The notes under the pieces: model-generated
What the model was told of the DNA's origin: nothing
What the model saw: the letters and a program-made list of their open reading frames with translations, nothing else
Databases searched by the model: none
Translations under genes and position numbers: made by a program
Shown here: piece by piece, positions 25,159 through 34,321 of the stretch
How the letters are laid out: each line of letters starts with the position of its first letter
Position numbering within the stretch: position 1 is the first letter of the stretch
Assembly (NCBI GenBank): GCA_037129555.1
Contig: JBAXUS010000002.1
Location: 15,598-79,597, forward strand
DNA from: Planctomycetota bacterium
GTDB taxonomy: Bacteria; Planctomycetota; SZUA-567; H5-PLA8
Length of the DNA: 64,000 bases
Direction of reading: 5' to 3'

Positions 25159-25941
25159 ATGATTCGCGCACTTATGGCATCCGCAACCGGCATGGCGGCC
25201 CAGCAATTGAACGTCGACACCATCGCCAACAATCTGGCCAATGTCAACACGTCGGGATTCAAACGCAGTCAGGCGTTGTTTCAAGACATGCTGTACGACA
25301 CGATCCGCGCGCCAGGAGCATCGCAAGGCAACAGCGCGGCGGTACCCACAGGTATTCAACTTGGTATGGGTACGCGCATGGCTCAAATCGCAAAAGTGTT
25401 CACGCCGGGAAAGATGGTCGTGACCAGCCGCGATTTGGATGTGGCTATTGAAGGCCAGGGTTTCTTTCAGGTCAAGCAGCCGGATGGGACTCTGGCTTAC
25501 ACGCGCGACGGTGCGTTCAGCAAAAATGCCGAAGGTAAAATTGTGAATCTTGACGGCTACGAGCTCCAAGGCGCGTCTTCCATTTCTCCAAACGCAACCT
25601 CGATCACCATCGCGGCAAACGGAACGCTTTCTGAAACGGTGAACGGAGTCACAACCGACAAGGGTGTGCTCTCACTTTATCAATTCGCGAACGCGCCGGG
25701 ATTGAATGCAATCGGACACAATCTGTTCACGCCGTCCACTGCCAGCGGCACCGCGCAGCAGGGCGTCCCCGGACAGAACGGTATTGGATCGCTCCAGCAA
25801 GGCGTGTTGGAGAATTCAAATGTTGAAGTGGTGGATGAAATGGTGAATTTGATCGTGGCTCAGCGCGCGTATGAGATCAATTCCAAAGCCGTTCAGGCTG
25901 CGGACGAAATGCTTCAAGCCACCAACTCGATGAAACGATAA
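25159..25941 (+). CDS. flgG: Flagellar distal rod protein FlgG
   Basis: IANNLANVNTSGFK N-terminus, DVAIEGQGFFQV, and C-terminus NVEVVDEMVNLIVAQRAYEINSKAVQAADEML. 260 aa. Confidence 0.9.
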   Translation: MIRALMASATGMAAQQLNVDTIANNLANVNTSGFKRSQALFQDMLYDTIRAPGASQGNSAAVPTGIQLGMGTRMAQIAKVFTPGKMVVTSRDLDVAIEGQGFFQVKQPDGTLAYTRDGAFSKNAEGKIVNLDGYELQGASSISPNATSITIAANGTLSETVNGVTTDKGVLSLYQFANAPGLNAIGHNLFTPSTASGTAQQGVPGQNGIGSLQQGVLENSNVEVVDEMVNLIVAQRAYEINSKAVQAADEMLQATNSMKR

Positions 25942-25946
25942 CGAAC

Positions 25947-26921
25947 ATGAAACAATTGATTCTGATTTTTCTGTTGAGTGCCACGGTCTTCATTCGAGCA
26001 AGCGAAACGTCCGTTTTTGGCGACTCACTCTATTTGATTCCGCGCGCGGTCGCGATCAGCGCCGGCGACCGGATTCTACTCAAAGACGTCGTCACGATCA
26101 TCAATTGCCCCGTCGAATGGGAGAAGCGGGTGAACGACGTTTCGATTGGCGCGGCGGCAGCTCCGGGCCAGACGCGGGCGATGCAGCGCCTGGAGATCGT
26201 CAACGCGTTGCGAAAGATTCAATTCACCGGCAGCGTGGACGTAGGCGGAACCGAGGACATCGCAGTGGTTGCCGCGTCTCAAATGGTGACCGGAAAAAGC
26301 ATCGTCGACGCGGTCACGCAGGATGTTCAGCAGCGTTTTAAATTCAGCCCCGACACGAAATTTCAAATTGAAACGCTTTTGACGCCGCCCGACCAGGAAT
26401 TACGCCCGGGCAAAATCGAGTACCAACCGGAATGGCCGCGCGGAGGCCCGCAACCCGGCGTCATGAGTGTGCGGGTGCGACTGATTCAAGAATCCTGCAA
26501 AGTTGCCGAAGCACTCGTGACGGTGAAGCTGCGTATCTTCGGGCCGGTCACGTGCACGACCGACAGTGTGCGCGCCGGTGACCTCCTGACCGAACGAAAT
26601 GTGGCCACCGTTCAGCGCGAAATGACGGCGGGGAATGCAACAAACTCGATCTCATTCACAGCGGCTGTTGGACTGCGTGCGCGGACGGATTTGGAACCGG
26701 GGCAAGCGGTGACGCGCAGCTCCGTCGTCGAGCCACTGCTGATTCGGCGTGGCGAAACCGTGTCGCTGCGCGTTCGTTCCGGGGCGTTGATCATCAGCGC
26801 GCACGGCGAAGCGAAAAACGATGCCGCCCGAGGAGAACTGGTGCGCATTCAATGTCCTCAAAGTGACGGCGACATTCAGGCCCGGGCCACCGGCGTGCGC
26901 GAAGCGCGGATTGGAGAATAG
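25947..26921 (+). CDS. flgA: P-ring assembly chaperone FlgA (SAF domain)
   Basis: Signal peptide plus a C-terminal SAF/FlgA domain (…LLIRRGETVSLRVRSGALIISAHGEAKNDAARGELVRIQ…). Upstream of flgH and flgI. Confidence 0.7.
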   Translation: MKQLILIFLLSATVFIRASETSVFGDSLYLIPRAVAISAGDRILLKDVVTIINCPVEWEKRVNDVSIGAAAAPGQTRAMQRLEIVNALRKIQFTGSVDVGGTEDIAVVAASQMVTGKSIVDAVTQDVQQRFKFSPDTKFQIETLLTPPDQELRPGKIEYQPEWPRGGPQPGVMSVRVRLIQESCKVAEALVTVKLRIFGPVTCTTDSVRAGDLLTERNVATVQREMTAGNATNSISFTAAVGLRARTDLEPGQAVTRSSVVEPLLIRRGETVSLRVRSGALIISAHGEAKNDAARGELVRIQCPQSDGDIQARATGVREARIGE

Positions 26922-27610
26922 TGATGAACTGCATTGAATTCAGGTCTGCCTTAATGTTGTCCGCAGCAATCCTGCTGACAGGTTGCGAGGTCGATACTCG
27001 TCCGCGCAAAGCAGGCGCGCCGGACATTGTTCGAGTCAATCCAACTCAGCCCGTCGTGGATAACGGATCCATTTGGCAGGAAGGTGCGGGTATCACCGGA
27101 GCTCTGACCGCCGACATGAAAGCGAGGACGCGCGGCGACATTGTCACGATTGTGATCGTTGAAAAGAACAACGCTCAACGCGCGCGTCAAACGGACACGA
27201 GCAAGAGCCAGAATGCAGCGATGAACGTGGACCAGTTCTTTTTCCCCGGCGTCGGATCGTTTAAAGGCGCGATGCCGAAATTGGGACTCGATTCGAAACG
27301 AACGTTCTCTGGAGGCGGGACTCTTTCCGATTCAGGGAGTGTCAACGCGACGCTTGCGGTACAGGTCGTGGATGTGCTGCCGACCGGAAATCTCCTCCTG
27401 CGCGGCTCCAAAGAGGTCACGATTTCAGGCGAAATGCAGACGGTCACGATCAGTGGCATTGCACGCCTCAAAGACATCGCACCAGACAACACTATTCTGT
27501 CCACCAGCCTGGCTGAAGCGCGGGTCCACATATCCGGGCGAGGACCGTTGGAAGACGCGCAGCGCCGCACCTTGACAAACCGGCTGATGGACTTTTTCAA
27601 TCTCTTTTAA
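26921..27610 (+). CDS. flgH: Flagellar L-ring lipoprotein FlgH
   Basis: Lipobox LLTGC and FlgH core (…TRGDIVTIVIVEKNNAQRARQTDTSKS…LLLRGSKEVTISGEMQTVTISGIARLKDIAPDNTI…). Confidence 0.85.
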   Translation: MMNCIEFRSALMLSAAILLTGCEVDTRPRKAGAPDIVRVNPTQPVVDNGSIWQEGAGITGALTADMKARTRGDIVTIVIVEKNNAQRARQTDTSKSQNAAMNVDQFFFPGVGSFKGAMPKLGLDSKRTFSGGGTLSDSGSVNATLAVQVVDVLPTGNLLLRGSKEVTISGEMQTVTISGIARLKDIAPDNTILSTSLAEARVHISGRGPLEDAQRRTLTNRLMDFFNLF

Positions 27611-27624
27611 ACGCGAGGCTTCAC

Positions 27625-28782
27625 ATGATTCGACTATTTTTATCATTCGTTGTTTATGCCGCGTTGATCGGAACGCAGGGTTTCAGTGCGGAAACGCCCG
27701 TGGCCCCGCCCAAACCGTTGCAACTGACCTACGTGCCTTCCGCGATTCGCATCAAAGATGTGTCTGACGTTCTTGGGGTGCGGTCGAATCAATTAGTGGG
27801 ACAAGGTCTCGTCGTCGGATTGAACGGCACGGGCGACAAATCGGTCGATCTGACTGCTCAGCTTTTGCAAAACTTCACCAATCGAATGGGTATGAACATC
27901 CCCGCTGCACTTTTAAAGCCGAAGAACATTGCGGTAGTTGCGGTCACAGCCACGCTCCCGCCCTATGCTCGGAAAGGCTCGAAACTGGATGTCCAAGTGT
28001 CGTCACTCGGCGATGCGACATCGTTGCAAGGTGGCGTGCTGCTGCAAACGCCGTTGATCGGCGCTGACGGTCGCGTGTACGTCGTCGCCCAAGGCGCGTT
28101 GTCGATCGGCGGATTCGCGGCCGAAGGTGGTGGCGGCGGCGGTGGAAATTCAGTCCAGAAAAATCACCCGTTGGTTGGTCGGTCGCCCAATGGGGGATTT
28201 GTCGAACGGGAGATCGAGACCAGTTTTCAACGCGGTGGTATCGTGAGTCTGGTCCTGCGCGACGGCGATTTTACGACGGCGCAACGCATGGCCGCGTGTA
28301 TCAATGCCCGCTGGACGGACAGTGCCCGGGCAGTTGATTCCGGCACAGTCACATTCGTCATGCCGGCCGATGCGACGATGAAGCCCGTGGATATCGTGTC
28401 CGAATTGGAGAACCTGCGATTTACGCCGGACATCCGCGCAAAGATTGTGATCAACGAGCGCACAGGGACGATCATCTCGGGTATGGATGTACGCATCGCG
28501 CCCACCGTTTTGAGCCATGGAAGTCTGCTCATTACGGTCAAACATACGCCACAAGTTTCACAACCGGAACCTCTGAGTGCAGGAACCACTAAGGTTGTTA
28601 CAGACACGACCACAACAGCCGTGGAAGACGACGGCCAGGCGCTGGTCTTTAATCCCGGCCCAACCCTGGCGGATCTCGCCGGGGCCTTGAATGCCTTGAA
28701 AGTAAAACCCCGGGACATCATTGCCATCTTTCAAGCGTTGAAAGAGGCTGGCGCGCTCAATGCTGAATTGGTGATCATGTAA
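27625..28782 (+). CDS. flgI: Flagellar P-ring protein FlgI
   Basis: Signal peptide and FlgI signature (…IKDVSDVLGVRSNQLVGQGLVVGLNGTGDK…). Confidence 0.9.
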   Translation: MIRLFLSFVVYAALIGTQGFSAETPVAPPKPLQLTYVPSAIRIKDVSDVLGVRSNQLVGQGLVVGLNGTGDKSVDLTAQLLQNFTNRMGMNIPAALLKPKNIAVVAVTATLPPYARKGSKLDVQVSSLGDATSLQGGVLLQTPLIGADGRVYVVAQGALSIGGFAAEGGGGGGGNSVQKNHPLVGRSPNGGFVEREIETSFQRGGIVSLVLRDGDFTTAQRMAACINARWTDSARAVDSGTVTFVMPADATMKPVDIVSELENLRFTPDIRAKIVINERTGTIISGMDVRIAPTVLSHGSLLITVKHTPQVSQPEPLSAGTTKVVTDTTTTAVEDDGQALVFNPGPTLADLAGALNALKVKPRDIIAIFQALKEAGALNAELVIM

Positions 28783-28793
28783 GGAGACCGGCG

Positions 28794-29090
28794 ATGAAAA
28801 CAAACACAAACCTGCCGACATCGACGACACCGTTGCTGGGCACTTTGCCGAAGGATTCGAACGCACGCTTGAAAAAAGCGGCGGATGAATTCGAGGCGAT
28901 TTGGACGGAGCGATTGATGAAGGAGTCCCGACCGAAGAGCACGCTTTTCGGGAAGTCATTCGCATCTGAAACGTTTCACGACATGCAGGACCAGGCACTT
29001 GCCCGAACGATGGCACAACGCGGAGCACTAGGATTGTCCAAAGCTCTGACCAAACAGTTGGCTCCGAAGCAAGGAACGAGCAAACCATGA
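28794..29090 (+). CDS. flgJ: FlgJ-like rod-binding protein (N-terminal chaperone domain only, no muramidase)
   Basis: 98 aa matching the rod-binding domain (…AADEFEAIWTERLMKESRPK…FHDMQDQALARTMAQRGALGLSKALTKQL). No glucosaminidase domain follows. Confidence 0.6.
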   Translation: MKTNTNLPTSTTPLLGTLPKDSNARLKKAADEFEAIWTERLMKESRPKSTLFGKSFASETFHDMQDQALARTMAQRGALGLSKALTKQLAPKQGTSKP

Positions 29091-29506
29091 GCGCATTTTA
29101 TTCGAAGATCAAGATGAGTTCCGACCATGCGGTTGCCGGTGACCAGGAACAGGCAGCCATGGAATTTCTTCGACGCTTAATCGACGCGCAAAAGCAGATG
29201 CACTGCGCGCTGGCATGCGCGGATGCGGATGCGATTGGCGAGGCTGTTTATGAAATCGAAAGCATCCTGGAAAACAGTCGAAATATCCGGACGTCCACGT
29301 TGCTTCCGGATCAGATCAAAGAGCGTCAGGAAGCGCGTGTGCTGGTCGAAACGGTGAGCGAATGGCAGCAGCAAAGCCGGGAGCTAACAAGACACAGCAT
29401 GCGTCTGTTACGAAGGCTGTGTGGGTCAACTGTGGAGCCATCTTACACTGCGTCCGGCCAACTTGACGAATCGCAGGTGCCGCAATCAGTGGGCATTTGT
29501 GCCTGA
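29087..29506 (+). CDS. Hypothetical helical protein upstream of flgK, possible FlgN-family chaperone
   Basis: 139-aa helical protein. The call rests only on its size and its position before flgK/flgL. Confidence 0.3.
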   Translation: MSAFYSKIKMSSDHAVAGDQEQAAMEFLRRLIDAQKQMHCALACADADAIGEAVYEIESILENSRNIRTSTLLPDQIKERQEARVLVETVSEWQQQSRELTRHSMRLLRRLCGSTVEPSYTASGQLDESQVPQSVGICA

Positions 29507-29554
29507 GTCGGGTTGTGATCCAACGCTTTTTTCAGTTCCTTTTCGAGCCACTTC

Positions 29555-30940
29555 ATGGGCATGACCCTTTCTGGAATAATGAACATCGGCGTCAGCGGCG
29601 CGAAGGCTCATCAGAGCGCGATCGCGGTGGCCTCGCACAATATTTCGAACACCAACACGCCCGGCTATTCGCGACAACGAGCGGAGTTGGTTACGCTGCC
29701 GGTGCTGCAAACGATGAACGGGCAATTTGGCACGGGCGTCCAAGCGACTACTGTCACACGCTCCGACTCCGTTTTTGTTGACGCCGCATTGCGTGCGGAA
29801 GCGGGAGCGCAGGCTCGGTATGATACGTCCAGTTCGGGGCTACAAGACCTCGACGCGGTGCTTACCAGTTCCGGTGGTGTCCCCATTGGAAATGCGTTGA
29901 CAGATTTTTTTAATTCGGCCCAGGCGATGACGACCAATCCGGAATCGTTGGCAGTCCGCCAGACTTTTATTGACAGCGGCAAAAAGCTCGCCAATTTATT
30001 CAACACCGCTTCGCAGCAACTGGACCTACTTCACACAGGCAGGGATGCGACCATTAGTCAAGATGCAACGACCATCAATTCAACGCTGACCCAAATCGCT
30101 GATCTCAACAAGCAAATCACAACATCGGAACCCAATTCCGGTGCCGCAAACGACCTGCGCGACAAACGCGATGCGCTGGTTCTGCAGCTTGGATCCTCGA
30201 TGGATTTGAATGTGTCCGAGGCGACGAATGGTTCAATCACGATCACCGCGAATGGTGAGGCGCTGGTGTCGGGTTTCAATGTATCTCCCGTTCAAACGGC
30301 GAGCACGGGTGTGCCACCCCAGATGGAAATTCAATCAGGAAACGGCGTCTCATTGACGACGATGAACGGCAGTCTGCGCGGCATGAAAGACACGTACGAC
30401 GCTGAAGCGGCGCTGCGATCCCAGTTGGATACGATTGCTGCGGGTGTGATTTCGAATGTCAACGCGATTCATGCCGCGCCCGGGGCGGCGTTTGATTTGA
30501 ACGGTAATCAGGGCGTTGCATTTTTCACGGGAACCGACGCGGCCAGTATCGCGGTGAATGCAGTGGTGGCAGCGGACCCCAACAAAGTTGCGGCGGCATC
30601 CACGGCCGCGCCGGGAAGTAACGGTGCCATATTGAAATTGGCGCAGTTGCAGGATCAGAAGGTTTTGCCGGGCGGGGCAGGGGTATCGACATTGAACGAC
30701 TCCCTTACGAATCTTGCGTCGGGAGTGGGATCGCAGGCGAAGAACGCGCTGGACTTAAAGAGTGTCCACGATCTCGCACTCACGACATGGCAGCAGAGGC
30801 AACAGTCGATAAATGGAGTCAACATGGACGAGGAATTATCGAACATGATGACGCTGCAACATGCCTACCAGGCAGCCGCGCGCGTGATGAGCGCCGTTGA
30901 CATGATGATGGACACAATCATCAATAAGATGGGAGCGTAA
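29555..30940 (+). CDS. flgK: Hook-associated protein 1 FlgK
   Basis: N-terminus GVSGAKAHQSAIAVASHNISNTNTPGYSRQ and C-terminal hook/rod-family helix (…EELSNMMTLQHAYQAAARVMSAVDMMMDTII…). Confidence 0.85.
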   Translation: MGMTLSGIMNIGVSGAKAHQSAIAVASHNISNTNTPGYSRQRAELVTLPVLQTMNGQFGTGVQATTVTRSDSVFVDAALRAEAGAQARYDTSSSGLQDLDAVLTSSGGVPIGNALTDFFNSAQAMTTNPESLAVRQTFIDSGKKLANLFNTASQQLDLLHTGRDATISQDATTINSTLTQIADLNKQITTSEPNSGAANDLRDKRDALVLQLGSSMDLNVSEATNGSITITANGEALVSGFNVSPVQTASTGVPPQMEIQSGNGVSLTTMNGSLRGMKDTYDAEAALRSQLDTIAAGVISNVNAIHAAPGAAFDLNGNQGVAFFTGTDAASIAVNAVVAADPNKVAAASTAAPGSNGAILKLAQLQDQKVLPGGAGVSTLNDSLTNLASGVGSQAKNALDLKSVHDLALTTWQQRQQSINGVNMDEELSNMMTLQHAYQAAARVMSAVDMMMDTIINKMGA

Positions 30941-30947
30941 TTGTAAC

Positions 30948-31877
30948 ATGCGTATTTCCGATCAAGTACGATATTCGGGGCTGGTTTCGGGCTACGGAAC
31001 ATTACTCGAAAAACAGACGGCCATACAACGCCAAATCTCGTCGGGCAAACAGCTCGACCACGCCGCCGACAATCCGAATGGTTTCAGCGCGTTGCAGCGT
31101 GCGACGCAGGAGCAATCGCGGCTGACTCAGAATTTAAGCAATATCGGTCAGGCGACTGATTTCTCCACGGCATCGGAGACGGCATTGCAAAATGTGATCG
31201 ACCAGTTGCAACGTGCCAGCGAATTGGGGACATCCGCATCGGACGCGACGAAGTCGCCGGCGGAATTGGCGTCGATTTCTAATGAATTGAACACGATTCT
31301 AAACGGCGTGATTTCAACGGCTTCACAGAGCTATGCAGGGCGGGCACTATTTTCTGGTGCCCAGACTGGAACCGCATCATTTGTCGCGACAACGGACGCG
31401 ACAGGAAAAATCACCGGGGCGACGTACCAGGGCGATGGAACCGTATTAAGCACCGAAGATGTTCCGGGAAACACGATTGCCTACAGCCTTGTCGGAGCGG
31501 ACGCCACGGGCGGCGGCTTTGGCGTGTTTCAAGACGTGTCGTCCGGAGTGGATATTTTCAAGACTCTCGCCACACTGCGCGACGATGTTAATAGTAATTC
31601 TGGCGCAATTCCGGCGGACCTGCAGAAATTAACAGCAAGTTTGGAACACCTTTCGCTTGCTCAATCCAAGGTCGGCGGGATTCAGAATCAATTGTCAAAC
31701 AACCAGTCACTTCTTCAGGACATGAATGACGGGGTGGGGCAAATGGTTTCGAAGCTCTCTGATACAGATTTGGCCAGTTCGATTACGAAACTTAAGGACC
31801 TGGAAGTGGCTTACCAGGCCGCGCTCGCGGTGGGTGCAAAAGTGGGAGACTTGAGCCTTCTCAATTATTTGAGGTAG
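30948..31877 (+). CDS. flgL: Hook-associated protein 3 FlgL
   Basis: Flagellin-like N-terminal helix (…LEKQTAIQRQISSGKQLDHAADNPNGFSALQ…) and C-terminal helix (…LEVAYQAALAVGAKV…). 309 aa. Confidence 0.8.
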   Translation: MRISDQVRYSGLVSGYGTLLEKQTAIQRQISSGKQLDHAADNPNGFSALQRATQEQSRLTQNLSNIGQATDFSTASETALQNVIDQLQRASELGTSASDATKSPAELASISNELNTILNGVISTASQSYAGRALFSGAQTGTASFVATTDATGKITGATYQGDGTVLSTEDVPGNTIAYSLVGADATGGGFGVFQDVSSGVDIFKTLATLRDDVNSNSGAIPADLQKLTASLEHLSLAQSKVGGIQNQLSNNQSLLQDMNDGVGQMVSKLSDTDLASSITKLKDLEVAYQAALAVGAKVGDLSLLNYLR

Positions 31878-31880
31878 CCA

Positions 31881-32321
31881 ATGAATAGCATGATGGATGT
31901 GGCAGTAAAGATTCCGGCCATCTTGTCGACAACGCCGGATAAGATCACGATCGCGGGTGGCCTGCCGCCGTTTGTCAAAGCGTGCCGGTATTACATTCAC
32001 CCGAAACACCAATCGCCACCCTTCTTACGCATCGAATGCGAGGATCAGGATCTCTCGTTTTTGCTGGTTGATCCGTTCCTGCTGGAATGCGGCTACAAGC
32101 CCGAATTTTTCGATGCGGATTTCGAAGAAATCGGATTGAAGTCCGGGGATTCAACGTTGGTACTTGCCATCGTCAATTTAAACCGTGGTATTGAGTTCGC
32201 GTCCTGCAATCTCGTTGGGCCGATCTTACTCAATCCCGCGAACGGTCGAGGCAAACAAGTGGTGTTGAAGAACAACACGCTTTTTTCATCGCGTCACCCT
32301 CTATTCAAATCCAAAGGTTAA
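31881..32321 (+). CDS. fliW: Flagellar assembly factor FliW (CsrA antagonist)
   Basis: 146-aa FliW signature (…RIECEDQDLSFLLVDPFLLECGYKPEF…STLVLAIVNLNRGIEFASCNLVGPILLNPANGRGKQVVL…). Confidence 0.85.
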   Translation: MNSMMDVAVKIPAILSTTPDKITIAGGLPPFVKACRYYIHPKHQSPPFLRIECEDQDLSFLLVDPFLLECGYKPEFFDADFEEIGLKSGDSTLVLAIVNLNRGIEFASCNLVGPILLNPANGRGKQVVLKNNTLFSSRHPLFKSKG

Positions 32322-32323
32322 CC

Positions 32324-32614
32324 ATGCTCGTGCTAACCCGAAAGACCGGCGAGACGCTGATGTTGGGCGACAGCGTGGAAGTCCGGGTTTTGCGCGTGGA
32401 TGGTGACGAAGTGCGACTTGGGATAGTGGCTCCGCGTAGCGTCTCGATTGTGCGCGGCGAGCTTCTGGCCGATATTCGCGCCGAGACCCAAAGTGCCGCA
32501 GGTGCCGCGCTCTCGCAATTGGAGAATTTGAAACGCGAGCTGGCCGGGCGGCACGCGCCGCAATCGCAACGGCTCACACCCGATCAGCAGAAAATGACAG
32601 TTCCGTGTGGTTGA
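32324..32614 (+). CDS. csrA: Carbon storage regulator CsrA with extended C-terminus (FliW-partnered type)
   Basis: MLVLTRKTGETLMLGDSVEVRVLRVDGDEVRLGIVAPRSVSIVRGEL matches the CsrA fold. It carries about 30 extra C-terminal residues, as in FliW-regulated CsrA. The start lies 2 nt after the fliW stop. Confidence 0.85.
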   Translation: MLVLTRKTGETLMLGDSVEVRVLRVDGDEVRLGIVAPRSVSIVRGELLADIRAETQSAAGAALSQLENLKRELAGRHAPQSQRLTPDQQKMTVPCG

Positions 32615-32705
32615 ACGTCATGCGACGCACACCGATGCGCATGACAGCCAGGTACGTATTTTGGTTATGAATGGACGACGATTCGTCCATTGCAGATGCG
32701 GGCTG

Positions 32706-34151
32706 TTATTTTTTTTCCGAGCTGGACGCCAACTTGGCGCGTTGCTCGATGTCGAGTAGTTTCGTGTAAAGCGTGCGAACACTGATGTCGAGCATTTTGG
32801 CTGTGTGAGTGCGGTTGAAGCCGGTTTGTTCCATTGTTTTTTGGATCATCTCCGCTTCGATTTCTTCCAACGACTGGCCCACATTAAAAATGATTTGTGC
32901 CGGGGCTGCAGCTGTTGATTGAGGCTCTGGTACTGTAACAGCAGGCGCGGCGACGAGCGCGGGCGGCGATGGCGGTGTTGGCACTGTCGCCGGACGGGCT
33001 GGCGTTGCGGACGATTTTTCCGGCGAATGCGGATGGAATCTCAAGGACTCGTCGTTCATAACGCCGTTCTGTGCCGCAAACACAGCCCGCTCGATGCACA
33101 CTTTCAATTCGCGAATATTTCCTGGCCAATTGTAGTTGAACAGCGTCTCACGCGCCTGCGTTTCGAGCGCCACATCCAACCCATACCGCTGATTAAATTG
33201 CTTCAAATAATACTCGCTCAGCAACGGAATATCTTCACGCCGCTCGGTCAAAGCGGGAATATGAACCGGTTGAAAGCGCGCCAGCAATTCGCGGTTAAAA
33301 CCACTTCCCTGCAATTTCTCTCCGTTCAGGCGGGAAGAGAGGATGACTCGGCGGGCGCTTATTTTGCCCGGATCCGCAGCCTGCTGCTCAGCCATGATCG
33401 TATTGAGGCGCGCCTGAAATTCCGGCGACATACATTCTGCGCGTTCCAGATAAAGCGTACCACCCGCAGCAATATCCCACAACTTTCCAAATGGAGCGCG
33501 CAGCCCGCCGACAGATGTTTCGCGGCAATCGAATAGCTTTCGCTCCAGGAGACTTCCAGGAAGTTGGAAACAATTGGCAGAGATCAGTGGCTTGCAAACT
33601 TGCGCGGACGAGCGGTGCAGGTTCCGAGCCAGGAGTGACTTTCCGACGCCACAATCTCCCGATAACAGGACATGCCCATTTTCGCGGGCCAAATTAATGA
33701 CGTCCCGGAAAACGCGCGAGATCCATTCGGAGCGGCCCACCAATTCGTCAAAGTAATTGGCCTCCTGGGCACGATAAAAAGCCGTTTCATTGATTAAGTC
33801 GCGTTGTTTGGCGGCGATATCGAACAGCGCAGCGAGCATTTCAACGGAGATAGGCGGCGGGATCACTGCAAACACGTCGTGTTCGGATATCCCGGATGGC
33901 GCACCAGGCTTTTGCACGACGACGACAGTCGTTTCAGGAAAATCACGCCGGAGTGTTTCGACGAGCGTTTTTGAATTGGGAATGGCAGAATCCAGCACAA
34001 TCGCATCGCGGCTGATACCTTCGGTGCACTGCCGGATTAACTCATCAGCATCCTTAGCTGGAAAAACGACGCACGCGTTCTTTTCAGCGAAGGACTGAAT
34101 GACCGTGTCCGGAACATCTGAGCCGAGACCTGTCAGGGATCGAATTCTCAC
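32706..34151 (-). CDS. NtrC/FleQ-family AAA+ regulator with Fis-type HTH but degenerate receiver, Walker B and GAFTGA loop
   Basis: N-terminal receiver-like fold without an acidic pocket. AAA+ domain has Walker A GDCGVGKS and Walker B TLYLERAE (DE replaced by ER). The GAFTGA position reads RETSVGGLRAPFGKL. Arg-finger region TERREDI is present. C-terminal HTH is …THTAKMLDISVRTLYTKL…. Divergent from flagellin 1. Confidence 0.7.
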   Translation of the reverse strand: MRIRSLTGLGSDVPDTVIQSFAEKNACVVFPAKDADELIRQCTEGISRDAIVLDSAIPNSKTLVETLRRDFPETTVVVVQKPGAPSGISEHDVFAVIPPPISVEMLAALFDIAAKQRDLINETAFYRAQEANYFDELVGRSEWISRVFRDVINLARENGHVLLSGDCGVGKSLLARNLHRSSAQVCKPLISANCFQLPGSLLERKLFDCRETSVGGLRAPFGKLWDIAAGGTLYLERAECMSPEFQARLNTIMAEQQAADPGKISARRVILSSRLNGEKLQGSGFNRELLARFQPVHIPALTERREDIPLLSEYYLKQFNQRYGLDVALETQARETLFNYNWPGNIRELKVCIERAVFAAQNGVMNDESLRFHPHSPEKSSATPARPATVPTPPSPPALVAAPAVTVPEPQSTAAAPAQIIFNVGQSLEEIEAEMIQKTMEQTGFNRTHTAKMLDISVRTLYTKLLDIEQRAKLASSSEKK

Positions 34152-34295
34152 GACATGCTACCTCTTAACGCGCCAGCGTACATTGCATTTATCCGATGCT
34201 GACAGGGCATTCTAGCCAATTGTGAATTATATCCACAGACATTTTTTAGAGTGCCAACCGCAATTAAATCGCGGCAAATTTTGCGATTCATCTCT

Positions 34296-34321
34296 TAAAT
34301 TCGCGGTACTCGGACCGATGA
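34296..34321 (+). promoter_or_regulatory. Sigma-28-type promoter for flagellin 1
   Basis: TAAA-N14-ACCGATGA, compared with TAAA-N15-GCCGATAA. Lies about 110 nt upstream of the flagellin ATG. Confidence 0.4.

Noticed and set aside
34275-34290. GGCAA-N4-TGC motifs before both flagellins considered as sigma-54 promoters
   Set aside because: GG-to-GC spacing is 8 nt, not the invariant 10 nt. The flaA-proximal copy (34275-34286) is better read as the core of the operator palindrome, and the leader copies (34385-34402, 35837-35848) as CsrA hairpins.
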